Program-made: the position numbers and the translations under genes
Notes under the pieces: model-generated
What the model was told of the DNA's origin: nothing
The model's database searches: none
The model's input: only the letters and a program-made list of their open reading frames with translations
Shown: one piece after another, positions 20,373 through 31,090 of the stretch
How the letters are laid out: each line of letters starts with the position of its first letter
How positions within the stretch are numbered: the stretch's first letter is position 1
Assembly: GCA_002449755.1 (NCBI GenBank)
Contig: DJXM01000045.1
Coordinates: forward strand, 34,270-98,269
Reading direction: 5' to 3'
DNA: 64,000 bases
Source: Bacillales bacterium UBA7004
GTDB taxonomy: Bacteria; Bacillota_I; Bacilli_A; Acholeplasmatales; Anaeroplasmataceae

Positions 20373-21668
20373 ATGATTAAAAAGAAATATTTTTCTATTT
20401 TTCTATTATTTATTTTTGGTTTATTCTTAACATCATGTAGCGGATTAACTGAATTTAAATTTGATAATAATTATTTAACATTAGAGGTTGGAGAAACTAA
20501 AAAATCTACTTCAATTTCTAATGAAACTAAGGAATTATATTTTTATAGTGGAGATGAGAGTATAGCTCAGGTAGATATAGATGGTAATGTAACAGGTATT
20601 ACTAAGGGTGAAACTATAATATATGCCTTATTTAAAAATGAGCCATATAAATTATTTGTAAATGTTACATCATCAACTAATAATATCGAAGTATATCAAA
20701 GAGATGCTGTATTAACTAGCAATATGGAAAAAGCTAATATAAAAGCCGCAATTCCAATTAAAGCTACATTTAATGGTCATAATAATTTAGTTGAATTAGA
20801 GGATAATATGAAGGTTCAGTTTACTTCAAATTTCTTAGATGCAAGTGATAATGAAGCTGAAAGACCTGCAGGTAGTAAGGAAAATCAAATAAAGGAAAAT
20901 ATTAAATTTGTATCTTTGGCTTTAACATTAGTAGATGCATTAGGTAAAGATGATAAAATACATCAATTTGCTAGTGTATTAAATGAATATAATACAGCAT
21001 TAGAAGGATTAGAGGGTGAAGCATTAGCTTCTAAAATTAAGGAATTACAGCCATTAACTGGCTATTTATATATCAGAAATGATTATTTAGCAGTCGCTTT
21101 ATTTAAGGGTAATGAATTAGCAGCTTATCAATATTCAAATGAGGATAATGGTATTATTTCTAAAATTAAATCTGTTGTACTATTATTTAATCAATTAATT
21201 TCTAGAGGATTAAATGTTCAAAAGGTTGATTATATTGAATTAACTAAGGATTTTAATGGAGATTTAATTACAGAGGAATTAGCTAATAAATTAAGAAAAT
21301 ATCAGAATTTAGTATCAACATTAGCTTATGTAATATTAGGAGAATTAAAGGTTAATAAATCAAAGATTGATGATGATATTAATAAAGCAAGAGTAACAAT
21401 AGATATTACTGAGAATGGTATTAAAAAGATAAAGGATGCTGATGTTAAATTTGTAGTACTTGAAAGCTTTAATGCTGTAATTGATTTATTTAGAGATACA
21501 AATACTAATTATACTCATATTAGAAGTGTTAGCTTAAATATAGGTTCTATATTAGGTGCTATTAATTTCAATTTAAATGCTAAGGATATGAAATTAGCAG
21601 AAGGTGAAAATCTATATTTATATGAGGCTAAGCATTCTGAATTTGAAAATAAGCTTAAGGCTAACTAG
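20373..21668 (+). CDS. Lipoprotein with N-terminal Ig-like (Big_2-type) domain
   Basis: Lipobox LTSC; LTLEVGET...SGDESIAQVDIDGNVTGITKGETII pattern. Confidence 0.75.
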   Translation: MIKKKYFSIFLLFIFGLFLTSCSGLTEFKFDNNYLTLEVGETKKSTSISNETKELYFYSGDESIAQVDIDGNVTGITKGETIIYALFKNEPYKLFVNVTSSTNNIEVYQRDAVLTSNMEKANIKAAIPIKATFNGHNNLVELEDNMKVQFTSNFLDASDNEAERPAGSKENQIKENIKFVSLALTLVDALGKDDKIHQFASVLNEYNTALEGLEGEALASKIKELQPLTGYLYIRNDYLAVALFKGNELAAYQYSNEDNGIISKIKSVVLLFNQLISRGLNVQKVDYIELTKDFNGDLITEELANKLRKYQNLVSTLAYVILGELKVNKSKIDDDINKARVTIDITENGIKKIKDADVKFVVLESFNAVIDLFRDTNTNYTHIRSVSLNIGSILGAINFNLNAKDMKLAEGENLYLYEAKHSEFENKLKAN

Positions 21669-21677
21669 GAGGCATAT

Positions 21678-22382
21678 ATGGAAGTAATGTTAAAGGGAAC
21701 TGATTTAGTTAAAATATATGATAATGGTGAGCTTAAGGTTAAGGCTGTTAAAGGAATGTCATTTACTATTAATAAGAGCGAATTAGTTGTTATTTTAGGA
21801 CAATCTGGTGCTGGTAAATCTACCTTATTAAATTTGATTGGTGGAATGGATACAGTAACTACAGGTGAATTATTAGTAGATGGTGATGATATTGCTAAAT
21901 ATAATTCTAAAAAGCTAATTGATTATAGAAGAAATAGAATAGGATTTGTTTTTCAATTTTATAATTTAATGCCTAATTTAACAGCAAAGGAAAATGTTGA
22001 ATTAGCATGTGAATTAAAGAAGGATGCATTAGATCCTATTGAAACATTAAAATCTGTTGGACTTGGTGATAAGGCTAGTAATTTCCCTTCTCAATTATCA
22101 GGAGGAGAGCAGCAAAGAGTATCTATCGCTAGAGCGATAGCTAAAAATGCTGAAATAATTTTATGTGACGAACCAACAGGTGCCTTAGATTATGAAACAG
22201 GAAAGGAAATATTAGCCTTACTTGCTAAGCAGGCAAGAGAAGATAATAAAACAGTTATTATTGTTACTCATAATTCTGCTTTATCACAAATGGCAGATCA
22301 TTTAATTAGAGTAAAAAACGGATTGATAGCTGAGGATATTTATAATGAAAATCCTGTTGATATAAAGGATATCGAATGGTAG
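21678..22382 (+). CDS. ABC transporter ATP-binding protein (LolD/MacB-type)
   Basis: GQSGAGKST, GFVFQFYNL, LSGGEQQR, CDEPTGALD, VTHN. Confidence 0.95.
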   Translation: MEVMLKGTDLVKIYDNGELKVKAVKGMSFTINKSELVVILGQSGAGKSTLLNLIGGMDTVTTGELLVDGDDIAKYNSKKLIDYRRNRIGFVFQFYNLMPNLTAKENVELACELKKDALDPIETLKSVGLGDKASNFPSQLSGGEQQRVSIARAIAKNAEIILCDEPTGALDYETGKEILALLAKQAREDNKTVIIVTHNSALSQMADHLIRVKNGLIAEDIYNENPVDIKDIEW

Positions 22383-24256
22383 AAAATAAGATATTTTTAA
22401 AAACTGTCTTTAAGACAATTAAGAGTAAGTTTATCCGTTACTTAGTCAATATCTTAATTGTTATGCTAGCTGTAGCTATTGCGGCTGCGCTTGGTATGCT
22501 ACCATTTTCATTTAAAGATAGCTATGTTAAAAATTTTACAAATTATTTAACTCCAGATATTGTAATGAAATGTGCTGATGAAAAAGGATTTCAGGATTCA
22601 GATTTAGAGACACTTAGTAAGGTTAATAATGTTGATAAAACATATTCATTCTTTAGTATGGATTTAGAAAATAATGGTAGATATGATAGATTATATTTTT
22701 TAGATTTATATAATAATGAAATTGCTAATCCTAAATTAGTAGCTGGAAGAATGCCTAAAAATTATAATGAGATTATTATTAACAAAAATGTTGATAATAC
22801 ATCTAATCATAAAATAGGTGATAAGATTATATTTGAATCATATCCTTTTGATTTAAATACAAAGAATAAGGAATTTACTATAGTTGGTATTGTTGATAGC
22901 CCACTATATTCTACAATGCATCCAGAGCGTGCAATGATTAAGGATAGAAGCGTAGAAAAATATGTTGATTCTATTTATTATATTAGCTTAAATTCAGTTC
23001 CAGAATTAATTACTAATAGGCTACCTAAAACTGATATTTATGTAACCATGAAGGTAAGAAGTGAATTTATGACTAGCCAATATCAGGAGGAAAGCCAAAA
23101 ATTTGCTAGTGATATAGCAAATGCATTTAATGTTAAGCCAGGAGCTGTTACAGAAGAACAAAGAGTAATGGTTTTAACATTAAATGAAAATACAAGCTAC
23201 GCATTATTTTATAATTACAATAAAAAGATTAATACTATTTCTATAATATTCCCTATTTTATTTATTGTAGTATGTGGATTGGTATTATATTTAATTACAA
23301 CAAGATTGATTCAGGATGAAAGACCTATGGTTGCTTGCTATTATTCCTTAGGTGCATCTAAGGCTATGATAGCGATGAAATATTTAGTATATACTGTTTC
23401 ATCGACTATTATAGGAGCGATAGGTGGATATTTCTTAGGTATTAGCTTAGTTCCTTTAGTATTTTATAGGTCATATAATGCTGTATATGATATGAATGGT
23501 GTACCTGATCAATTCTTTTCACCTATGGGCATGATTATTGGTGTATTATTAGTATTTGTTTCAATTGGTATAACATTAATATCTATTAAAATAGCATTAA
23601 GTGAGGAGCCAGCAATGCTTATGCAGGCTAAAGCTCCTAAGCCAGGTAAAAAGATATGGCTTGAAAGAATTGGATTTCTATGGAATAGATTTTCTTTTTC
23701 AATTAAGAGTAGCCTAAGAAATATTTTTAGAAATAAGAAAAATTTAATATTAACAACATTATCTGTTATAGGTTCTGTAATATTAGTATTTATAGGATTT
23801 TCATTAGATAATGCTGCTAAAGCTATGACAGATGTTCCTATGTATAAGAATTTAGCATCTAATATGGGTACATTATCTACTATAGTAGTTTTATTTGGAT
23901 TATTAATGAGTGTATTAGTTATTTATGCTTTAGCATCAATGAATATTGATGAAAGAGTAAGAGAAATAGCTGTATTAAAGGTGCTAGGATATCATGATAA
24001 TGAATCTGCGCTATATGCATGTAGAGAATTATTCTTTATCACAGTTTTTGCTGCATTAATAGGTATACCTATTGCCTTAGGTGTAACATCTATGATATTT
24101 GATACTCTAGAATTCGCTAAGATTTCTGCAGTAAAATGGTATTCATATATTTTATCATATGTAATAGTAGTATCATCATCTATTATTTCATCATTTATGC
24201 TTTATCCTAAGATAAAGAAAATAGATTTTAATATATCATTAAAGAGTGTTGAATAA
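22376..24256 (+). CDS. FtsX/MacB-type ABC exporter permease with two FtsX repeats
   Basis: GRMPKNYNE extracellular motif; ERVREIAVLKVLGY; about 8 TM helices. Confidence 0.9.
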   Translation: MVENKIFLKTVFKTIKSKFIRYLVNILIVMLAVAIAAALGMLPFSFKDSYVKNFTNYLTPDIVMKCADEKGFQDSDLETLSKVNNVDKTYSFFSMDLENNGRYDRLYFLDLYNNEIANPKLVAGRMPKNYNEIIINKNVDNTSNHKIGDKIIFESYPFDLNTKNKEFTIVGIVDSPLYSTMHPERAMIKDRSVEKYVDSIYYISLNSVPELITNRLPKTDIYVTMKVRSEFMTSQYQEESQKFASDIANAFNVKPGAVTEEQRVMVLTLNENTSYALFYNYNKKINTISIIFPILFIVVCGLVLYLITTRLIQDERPMVACYYSLGASKAMIAMKYLVYTVSSTIIGAIGGYFLGISLVPLVFYRSYNAVYDMNGVPDQFFSPMGMIIGVLLVFVSIGITLISIKIALSEEPAMLMQAKAPKPGKKIWLERIGFLWNRFSFSIKSSLRNIFRNKKNLILTTLSVIGSVILVFIGFSLDNAAKAMTDVPMYKNLASNMGTLSTIVVLFGLLMSVLVIYALASMNIDERVREIAVLKVLGYHDNESALYACRELFFITVFAALIGIPIALGVTSMIFDTLEFAKISAVKWYSYILSYVIVVSSSIISSFMLYPKIKKIDFNISLKSVE

Positions 24257-24262
24257 TAAGAT

Positions 24263-24310
24263 AAAAAAAGATAATCATATAGCTTGAAGCTAATTGATTA
24301 TCTTTTCTTT
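24263..24310. terminator. Bidirectional terminator between convergent genes
   Basis: A-run, AGATAATCA..TAGCTT-G-AAGCTA..TGATTATCT, T-run. Confidence 0.7.
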
Positions 24311-25339
24311 TTATAATAATCCTGCAGATTTACACACTAATACAATAGCGAATAAAGTAAATGCCGATGCGAGTGTTGTCCATACAACTAATTGTCCTGC
24401 GAGCTCTCCATCATTATTCATCTCAGCACTCATTGGAGCACTAGATACGGCAACTGGTGTACCAAATAATGCTATTAAAGCTGGAAAATATGGCTTATCA
24501 AATTTAAATAAATAAGCTACAAATAAGCATAATACAGGAACAACTACAACTCTAGCTACTGTACCTATTATGATTTGGAATTTTAATTTAGATACAGCAC
24601 TAAATGAGAATCCACCACCTAATGCTATTAAAGCAATAGGAGAAGCAGCCTGAGCTAGATATTTTATTGTTGTGTAAATGAATGTATCATTTCCACCATA
24701 ATCACTGAAATATCTAAATGTCCATTCTGGATTTCCATTTGAATCATTTGGTATTAATGCTCTAAAACTTATAAAAATAAGACCTAATACTACACCAATG
24801 ATTAATGGATTTTTACAAATTTTTATTAATGTATCCTTTATCGAAAATTTCTTTCCATCCTCTTTAATAAATATTGTAAGAGAAATAATAGCTAATATAT
24901 TAAAAATAGGAATTGATAACGCAGCTATTACTGATCCTATACCCTTAGCTAGTGCTACATCACCGCCTGTTGCTAAAAGCTCAATTAAGCCTATACCTAT
25001 TATTGCATAATTAGATCTAAATATACATTGAAGTATTACACCCTTTTGTCTATTGTCCTTAATTGTAAACATTACAACCAATAAGCCTATAAAGAATACA
25101 GCTACTATAGCAAGCGAGCAAAATACTAATGCTTGCCAGTTTTCACCTAATAGAGTAATAGATTTAATATCATAGATATTTTTAAATAGAAGAACTGGTA
25201 ATAATACTCTGAAGCATAATTTATTTAATTTTGACCAGAAATCATCTGGGAATATTTTTAATAATTTAACTATATAGCCAACAACAATACATAATATTAT
25301 TGGTAATACAGCATTTAATGTAAATAATAAGCTTTCCAT
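24311..25339 (-). CDS. AEC (auxin efflux carrier / malate permease-like) family transporter
   Basis: FRVLLPVLLF, FRSNYAIIG, KNPLIIG, SPIALIALG, TPVAVSS, DGELAGQLVVWTT. Confidence 0.9.
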   Translation of the reverse strand: MESLLFTLNAVLPIILCIVVGYIVKLLKIFPDDFWSKLNKLCFRVLLPVLLFKNIYDIKSITLLGENWQALVFCSLAIVAVFFIGLLVVMFTIKDNRQKGVILQCIFRSNYAIIGIGLIELLATGGDVALAKGIGSVIAALSIPIFNILAIISLTIFIKEDGKKFSIKDTLIKICKNPLIIGVVLGLIFISFRALIPNDSNGNPEWTFRYFSDYGGNDTFIYTTIKYLAQAASPIALIALGGGFSFSAVSKLKFQIIIGTVARVVVVPVLCLFVAYLFKFDKPYFPALIALFGTPVAVSSAPMSAEMNNDGELAGQLVVWTTLASAFTLFAIVLVCKSAGLL

Positions 25340-26823
25340 TATTCTTCCTCCAAAATATCATTTCCGATATTTCCATTAAATTTTACATCATCTAATATTA
25401 AATTTTCAACATTTAATATGTAAATACCTACTCTATTCATTTCTTTTTTATGCTCTATCATAACAGGATAGCCAGGCTTAGAATCTGTATCATAATTAAA
25501 TACTACATTTTGTATTTTTATTTCCTTTATTTTAGATTCAGGTAATCCTAGGAATACTCCACCTGCATATGAAACATTATTACAATTCATATTTTTAAAT
25601 AAGAATTTACCTAAAACTGGAGTTAAATCATTAAATGGTAATTTTGATTTAGTCCATACATATTCCTCGTGTCCTCCGGCATTTCCCATATTATAATACA
25701 TATTTATTACAAATGGAGTTTTGATATTTTCCATTATTATATTATCAAAATTAATATTATCTATAATACCGATATGGCCTCTACCTCGTCTTGTTTTTAT
25801 TCTTAAGCCTCTATCTCCATTTTTAAATATACAATTTTTTACTGTTATATTTTTAATTCCACCAGATAACTCAGAACCAAATACAACTCCACCATGGCCA
25901 TTTTCAATTAGATTATTTTCTATTAATATATTCTCTGTAGGTGTTTTATATTTTTTGGCTAGATCATAAGAGCCTGATTTTAAAACTATACTATCATCAC
26001 CAACTGAAATATATGAACCCTTGATTGTTATATTTTTGGAACAATCAGGATCTATTCCATCAGTTGTTGGCATATTTTTATCATTTATGATTTTTATATT
26101 TATGATATTAATATCATTTGACATATAGGGGTGAATTGTCCAAGACATACTATGAGTAAATGTTGGACCTATAATATTTATGTTATTTGATTTATAGGAA
26201 TAGAAGAGGTGTCCTCTCCAGGCGATATTTTTAATTCTATGATTTATATACCAATCTGATAATTCTGCTCTACCATCAAATATGCCTTCTCCAATGATAT
26301 CTATATTAGATGTATTAATCAAATTTAATGTAGATGCGAAATTATCCTGTTCAATTCCTTCCCATATTCCTAAATAGTCACCTGGATGAATTGGATAATC
26401 TTTTCTATTAATATTAGATATCAATTTAGCATCCTTATCTAAATATAATGTTATATTTGATTTTAAATATAAAGATGTTACTAAATAGATTCCCTTTGGA
26501 ATATAGACTGTACCATTATTTGGACATGCTGAAATTGCAGCCTGTATAAATGCTGTGTCATCGCTTATTCCATCGCCTTTGGCATTAAATCTTTTTACAT
26601 CCAATAAAACTGATTCATACTTTGTTTTGAATATCAGCTCTTCATTATTAACTCTTAATTTGTATAGAGTATTAGGAGATAAATCAAATATTGAAAAGAT
26701 ATTTTTATTTTCCTTTTTTATGAATTTGTCATTCAAATATATATCATATTCATTATGATAATATGGGTTAATAGATTGAAGCTCTATTGAAACTGAATGC
26801 GTGGTAGTGTATAATATTTTCAT
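25339..26823 (-). CDS. GH28 polygalacturonase-like glycoside hydrolase with N-terminal FN3-like module
   Basis: AKGDGISDDT, PTTDGIDPD, GDDSIVLKSG, GHGGVVFGSE, RIKTRRGRG; GAGGTG RBS before ATG at 26823; no signal peptide. Confidence 0.93.
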   Translation of the reverse strand: MKILYTTTHSVSIELQSINPYYHNEYDIYLNDKFIKKENKNIFSIFDLSPNTLYKLRVNNEELIFKTKYESVLLDVKRFNAKGDGISDDTAFIQAAISACPNNGTVYIPKGIYLVTSLYLKSNITLYLDKDAKLISNINRKDYPIHPGDYLGIWEGIEQDNFASTLNLINTSNIDIIGEGIFDGRAELSDWYINHRIKNIAWRGHLFYSYKSNNINIIGPTFTHSMSWTIHPYMSNDINIINIKIINDKNMPTTDGIDPDCSKNITIKGSYISVGDDSIVLKSGSYDLAKKYKTPTENILIENNLIENGHGGVVFGSELSGGIKNITVKNCIFKNGDRGLRIKTRRGRGHIGIIDNINFDNIIMENIKTPFVINMYYNMGNAGGHEEYVWTKSKLPFNDLTPVLGKFLFKNMNCNNVSYAGGVFLGLPESKIKEIKIQNVVFNYDTDSKPGYPVMIEHKKEMNRVGIYILNVENLILDDVKFNGNIGNDILEEE

Positions 26824-26892
26824 AGAAGCACCTCGATTCAATTTTAGCATTATTAAATTTAAAAATAAATATTTAAAATGGGAGGCGATATA

Positions 26893-27276
26893 ATGAAATT
26901 AAAAATTTCCGCTTACGATAAAGAAAATAAGCTATTATTTTCTAAATGTGATTTTGATGGTGATATTTTTTACGATAAGATGCTATCAAGAATTAGTGAT
27001 AATTTAGGTTTTACCTATATGAGCAATAAGCTAGAGGAACATCAAAAGAAACGAATTCTATTAGATAGAAGAGTTAGTAATGATTTAAGATTTGTAGTTA
27101 GAATTGCGATGAAGGATAAATATGAGGTTTTAGGTAATGGCTGTATTAAGGATGCTATTAGACTAATGAGTGGATTAGATTATGGAAATCTAAAAGAAAT
27201 AAATGAATATTTAGCTTCAAATTTAACAAATTTAAGAAATGCTGAAAAATTGGTTTTTGAAAAAATAAATTTGTAA
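26893..27276 (+). CDS. Hypothetical protein
   Basis: GGAGG RBS before ATG 26893; 127-aa ORF, no motif recognised. Confidence 0.65.
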   Translation: MKLKISAYDKENKLLFSKCDFDGDIFYDKMLSRISDNLGFTYMSNKLEEHQKKRILLDRRVSNDLRFVVRIAMKDKYEVLGNGCIKDAIRLMSGLDYGNLKEINEYLASNLTNLRNAEKLVFEKINL

Positions 27277-27314
27277 TAAAATATAAGTGAATTTATTTTA
27301 ATTGGGGGATAAAT

Positions 27315-28244
27315 ATGAATATTAAAAATGATGTCACAGAGGTAATTGGTAATACACCACTTATTGAACTTAAGAATTTCGAAAAGAAATATGATTTAAA
27401 GGCTAAATTAGTTGTTAAGCTTGAATCTGTTAATCCAGCAGGTTCTGTAAAGGATAGAGCTGCTTTAAAAATGATTATAGACGCAGAAGAAAAGGGCTTA
27501 TTAAAAAAGGGTGGTACTATTATAGAGCCAACATCAGGAAACACTGGTATTGGTCTTTGTGCTATAGCAGCATCTCGTGGCTATAAATGTGTAATTGTTT
27601 TACCTGATACTATGTCTATTGAAAGAATTAAGCTTATGGAGGCATATGGGGCTACTGTAATAAAAACTCCTGGTGCTTTAGGTATGAAGGGCTCAGTAGA
27701 TAAGGCTAATGAATTAAAGAAAAATATTCCTAATTCTATTATTGCTGGTCAATTCTATAATCCTGCAAATCCATTAGCTCATTATGAAACTACCGCTCCT
27801 GAAATTTGGAATGATACAGATGGATTAGTATCTATGTTTGTTGCAGGAATTGGTACTGGAGGTACTATATCTGGTGTAGGTAAATATTTAAAGGAAAAAA
27901 ATAAGAAAATTAAGATTATAGGTGTTGAGCCTAAATCATCACCATTAATTACAGAAGGATATGCAGGTCCTCACAAGATTCAAGGTATTGGCGCTAATTT
28001 TATTCCTGAAAATTATGATGCTAAATATGTTGATAATGTTATACCTGTTGAAAACGAGAAAGCTTATGAAATGGCAAGAGAATTAGCTAAGAATGAAGGT
28101 ATATTAGCTGGTATTTCATCTGGAGCATCTCTTTATGCAGGTCTTCTTGAGGCAAAAAAAGAAGAAAATAAGGATAAGATTATTGTAGTATTACTTCCTG
28201 ATACAGGAGATAGATATTTATCTATTGATTTATTTGGTAATTAA
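27315..28244 (+). CDS. cysK: Cysteine synthase A
   Basis: IGNTPL, NPAGSVKDR, EPTSGNTG, GTGGT, HKIQGIG, PDTGDRYLS. Confidence 0.97.
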   Translation: MNIKNDVTEVIGNTPLIELKNFEKKYDLKAKLVVKLESVNPAGSVKDRAALKMIIDAEEKGLLKKGGTIIEPTSGNTGIGLCAIAASRGYKCVIVLPDTMSIERIKLMEAYGATVIKTPGALGMKGSVDKANELKKNIPNSIIAGQFYNPANPLAHYETTAPEIWNDTDGLVSMFVAGIGTGGTISGVGKYLKEKNKKIKIIGVEPKSSPLITEGYAGPHKIQGIGANFIPENYDAKYVDNVIPVENEKAYEMARELAKNEGILAGISSGASLYAGLLEAKKEENKDKIIVVLLPDTGDRYLSIDLFGN

Positions 28245-28245
28245 T

Positions 28246-28902
28246 ATGAATAAATTACTTGATATGCTATTTTTAAAAAATGAAATAATAAATAAGGATA
28301 TCTTTAGAGCATTATATTATTCCTTTGATGAATATTGCTTCGCTGGATTTGATTTAGATATTTTTTCATTAAATAAAAAATATGATGAATATAAAATATT
28401 AAAGGAAAGAAAAACTAAATTAGCTGAAAATCATAATGAATATAAATATTTTATAGAATTAGATGATAAAAAATTATTTATAAGAATCATTAGTGATTAT
28501 GAGGATAAGGTTTATGATATTCTAATATATTCTGTTTTAGATAATGATACATATGATAAATATGATAGAATATTCTTTCCTAATTTATTTAAAATCCCAG
28601 ATAAATTTAATGATGTAAATAATCCAATTATTTATGTAGATAATAAAAATGTTAAATTAATTAAAAATATAGATAATATTATTTCATATTTAGGATATGA
28701 GGATTGGGATTATAAAAATAAGCATGATAATAATTTAGAGGCATCCATAAATGATAATAATTTTATTAAATTATTTAATCAAAATGATTTTGATGGTATT
28801 TTTGAATGCATCAAAAATGGTGGAGATATAATAAAGCTTTTAATCGCTTTTAAATATATGGATGGTTATTATTTAATAACAAATGTAAAGGAGATTGAAT
28901 GA
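28246..28902 (+). CDS. Hypothetical protein
   Basis: ORF fills the gap between cysK and rubrerythrin; no motif recognised. Confidence 0.65.
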   Translation: MNKLLDMLFLKNEIINKDIFRALYYSFDEYCFAGFDLDIFSLNKKYDEYKILKERKTKLAENHNEYKYFIELDDKKLFIRIISDYEDKVYDILIYSVLDNDTYDKYDRIFFPNLFKIPDKFNDVNNPIIYVDNKNVKLIKNIDNIISYLGYEDWDYKNKHDNNLEASINDNNFIKLFNQNDFDGIFECIKNGGDIIKLLIAFKYMDGYYLITNVKEIE

Positions 28903-28903
28903 T

Positions 28904-29437
28904 ATGAAGTATGATGGAACAAAAACTAAAGAAAATTTAAAGAAGGCATTTATGGGCGAAAGTGAAGCTAGAAATAAATATACTTATTTCGCATCAGTTG
29001 CTAAAAAGGAAGGCTATGAGCAAATCGCATCTATATTTTTAGAAACTGCAGATAATGAAAAAGAGCATGCAAAAATGTGGTTTAAGGAATTAGAGGGAAT
29101 CGGAAATACAGAAGATAATCTAGCTAATGCCGCAAATGGTGAAAACTATGAATGGACTGATATGTATGAAGGTTTCGCTAAGGATGCTGAAGAAGAAGGC
29201 TTTACTGAGCTTGCTAAAAAATTTAGACTTGTTGCTCAAATTGAAAAGCGTCATGAGGAAAGATATAGAGCTCTATTAAAAAATATTGAGATGGCTCAAG
29301 TATTTGAAAAAAGTGAGGTTAAGGTTTGGGAATGTAGAAATTGTGGACATATAGTAGTTGGTACTAAAGCACCAGAGGTATGTCCTGTTTGTAATCATCC
29401 TCAAGCATATTTTGAATTACATAAAGAAAATTATTAA
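28904..29437 (+). CDS. rbr: Rubrerythrin
   Basis: [28 protein letters not shown] di-iron motifs; CRNCG..CPVC rubredoxin domain; start may be TTG 28895. Confidence 0.95.
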   Translation: MKYDGTKTKENLKKAFMGESEARNKYTYFASVAKKEGYEQIASIFLETADNEKEHAKMWFKELEGIGNTEDNLANAANGENYEWTDMYEGFAKDAEEEGFTELAKKFRLVAQIEKRHEERYRALLKNIEMAQVFEKSEVKVWECRNCGHIVVGTKAPEVCPVCNHPQAYFELHKENY

Positions 29438-29491
29438 AATTAGAAAAAGCATTTTTAGTTCAACTAATAATGCTTTTTATTAGGTGTTTTT

Positions 29492-30076
29492 ATGAAAGAA
29501 GAAATAGAAAAGTTAGATGAAATGATAAAGAAATTTCAAAGCTTAATGAAATCAATTTATTATTTATATCAAAATGATAAGCTAGCTAGAGAAGTAGTAT
29601 TATCAGCTATGATTATTAAAAAGACTATAGATATATTAGCTGTAAGTAAATATGCTATAAGAAATTATATTGTCACTGTACAGATATCATTATTAAGATT
29701 ATTATGTGATAATTGCTTAGCCTTAGAAAGTGTAAATGAATTGGGTATTATTAAATATATGGATATGATTAATAATAACGAGCAGGTTAATCAAATAATG
29801 ATAACTGAAGAACAAAATATGTCTGATGGATATTTAAAAAGAAAGGTTTCTGAGCAATACAAGGGCTTTGATAAGGTATATAAATTCGCGTGTGAAGGAG
29901 TTCATTTTTCGAAGCAAGCCATCGGTGGTGCATTTACTGAAACAGAAGATGGTATTGTTTTAAATATAGAACCAGGAAATAAAGAATTAAAGGATACTAT
30001 TAAATCTAATAATAATTGTATGATTACAGTATGTAAGGTTATTATAGATATGCTGATGAATATTGTTAAAAAATGA
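29492..30076 (+). CDS. Hypothetical helical protein (possible DUF5677/HEPN-like)
   Basis: LLRLLCDN and YKFACEGVH patterns; family assignment is from memory and tentative. Confidence 0.55.
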   Translation: MKEEIEKLDEMIKKFQSLMKSIYYLYQNDKLAREVVLSAMIIKKTIDILAVSKYAIRNYIVTVQISLLRLLCDNCLALESVNELGIIKYMDMINNNEQVNQIMITEEQNMSDGYLKRKVSEQYKGFDKVYKFACEGVHFSKQAIGGAFTETEDGIVLNIEPGNKELKDTIKSNNNCMITVCKVIIDMLMNIVKK

Positions 30077-30091
30077 AAACAGGATAAGTTT

Positions 30092-31069
30092 TCATTTTTT
30101 ATTTAATCTCCTTTCCAAATATTCAGGTAATTCTTCAATTATCTTATATTTAGAAATTCCTAATTTCATTTGTGATTTATTTAATGATGTCTTTGCTACA
30201 TAAGAATCAGCATCCTTACATAATAATAAACCAATTGTATCATTATCTAATTCAGTTTTCTCTAAATCATCTATGGCATTTACATAGAATATTAATTGAC
30301 CTAAGTCAGACGGATTAAATTCACCTATTTTAACCTCAATTACTACATAGGCATGAATCTTTGTATGATACATTAATAAATCAATATAGAATTCTTTATT
30401 AGTTGGAGTAACCAATTTATATTCTTTTCCAACTAAAGAGAATCCAGGTCCTAATTCATTCAAAAATTTAATGATATTATCAATCATTTGATTCTTTAAA
30501 TCCTTCTCATTTTTAATATTATTCTTATCTGTAAAGTCAAACACATATGTATCCTTAAATATTTCATTTATAGAATCATCTGATCTAACTATTTCGGTAG
30601 TATCTGGTTCTATTAATGAACGCTCATAAGCTTTCATTTCAATTTGATTTAATACCATGGCTCTTGACCAACCATTTTTATGTGTGGCATTAATGTACCA
30701 TAACATCTCTTTGTGTGACTTAGATTTTTGCATAATTGTAATAATTGTAAACCAAGGAATTTGTGTCGCAGGTTGCGACATAATTTCTTCGCGTGTAAAT
30801 TCATATGAAAATTTTGACATTCTATACAAGTTCTCATATGAATATCCTTTCCCATATTCCTTTAAATCATTAGACAGGTTCTGGATATATTTTGAACCCC
30901 AGGTCTTTCTTTCATTAATAATAGTACCAATTTCATAATAGGTCATAATCATAGCGCTATTAACTACTACCATTGCCTTATTTTGGTTTTCTCTAATTGT
31001 TTCCTTAATTCTTTTTAAATCATCAAAATAATCTTTCTCAAAATTTTCTAATTTTCCTTCATTTTTCAT
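30092..31069 (-). CDS. DUF1016/YhcG-family PD-(D/E)xK nuclease-domain protein
   Basis: YYEIG, WGSKYI, KDTYVFDF, FLNELGPGFSLVG, YIDLLMYH..VVIEVK, GQLIFY, IGLLLC; GGAGGT RBS before ATG at 31069. Confidence 0.92.
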   Translation of the reverse strand: MKNEGKLENFEKDYFDDLKRIKETIRENQNKAMVVVNSAMIMTYYEIGTIINERKTWGSKYIQNLSNDLKEYGKGYSYENLYRMSKFSYEFTREEIMSQPATQIPWFTIITIMQKSKSHKEMLWYINATHKNGWSRAMVLNQIEMKAYERSLIEPDTTEIVRSDDSINEIFKDTYVFDFTDKNNIKNEKDLKNQMIDNIIKFLNELGPGFSLVGKEYKLVTPTNKEFYIDLLMYHTKIHAYVVIEVKIGEFNPSDLGQLIFYVNAIDDLEKTELDNDTIGLLLCKDADSYVAKTSLNKSQMKLGISKYKIIEELPEYLERRLNKK

Positions 31070-31090
31070 ATATTTACCTCCAATTTTTAG

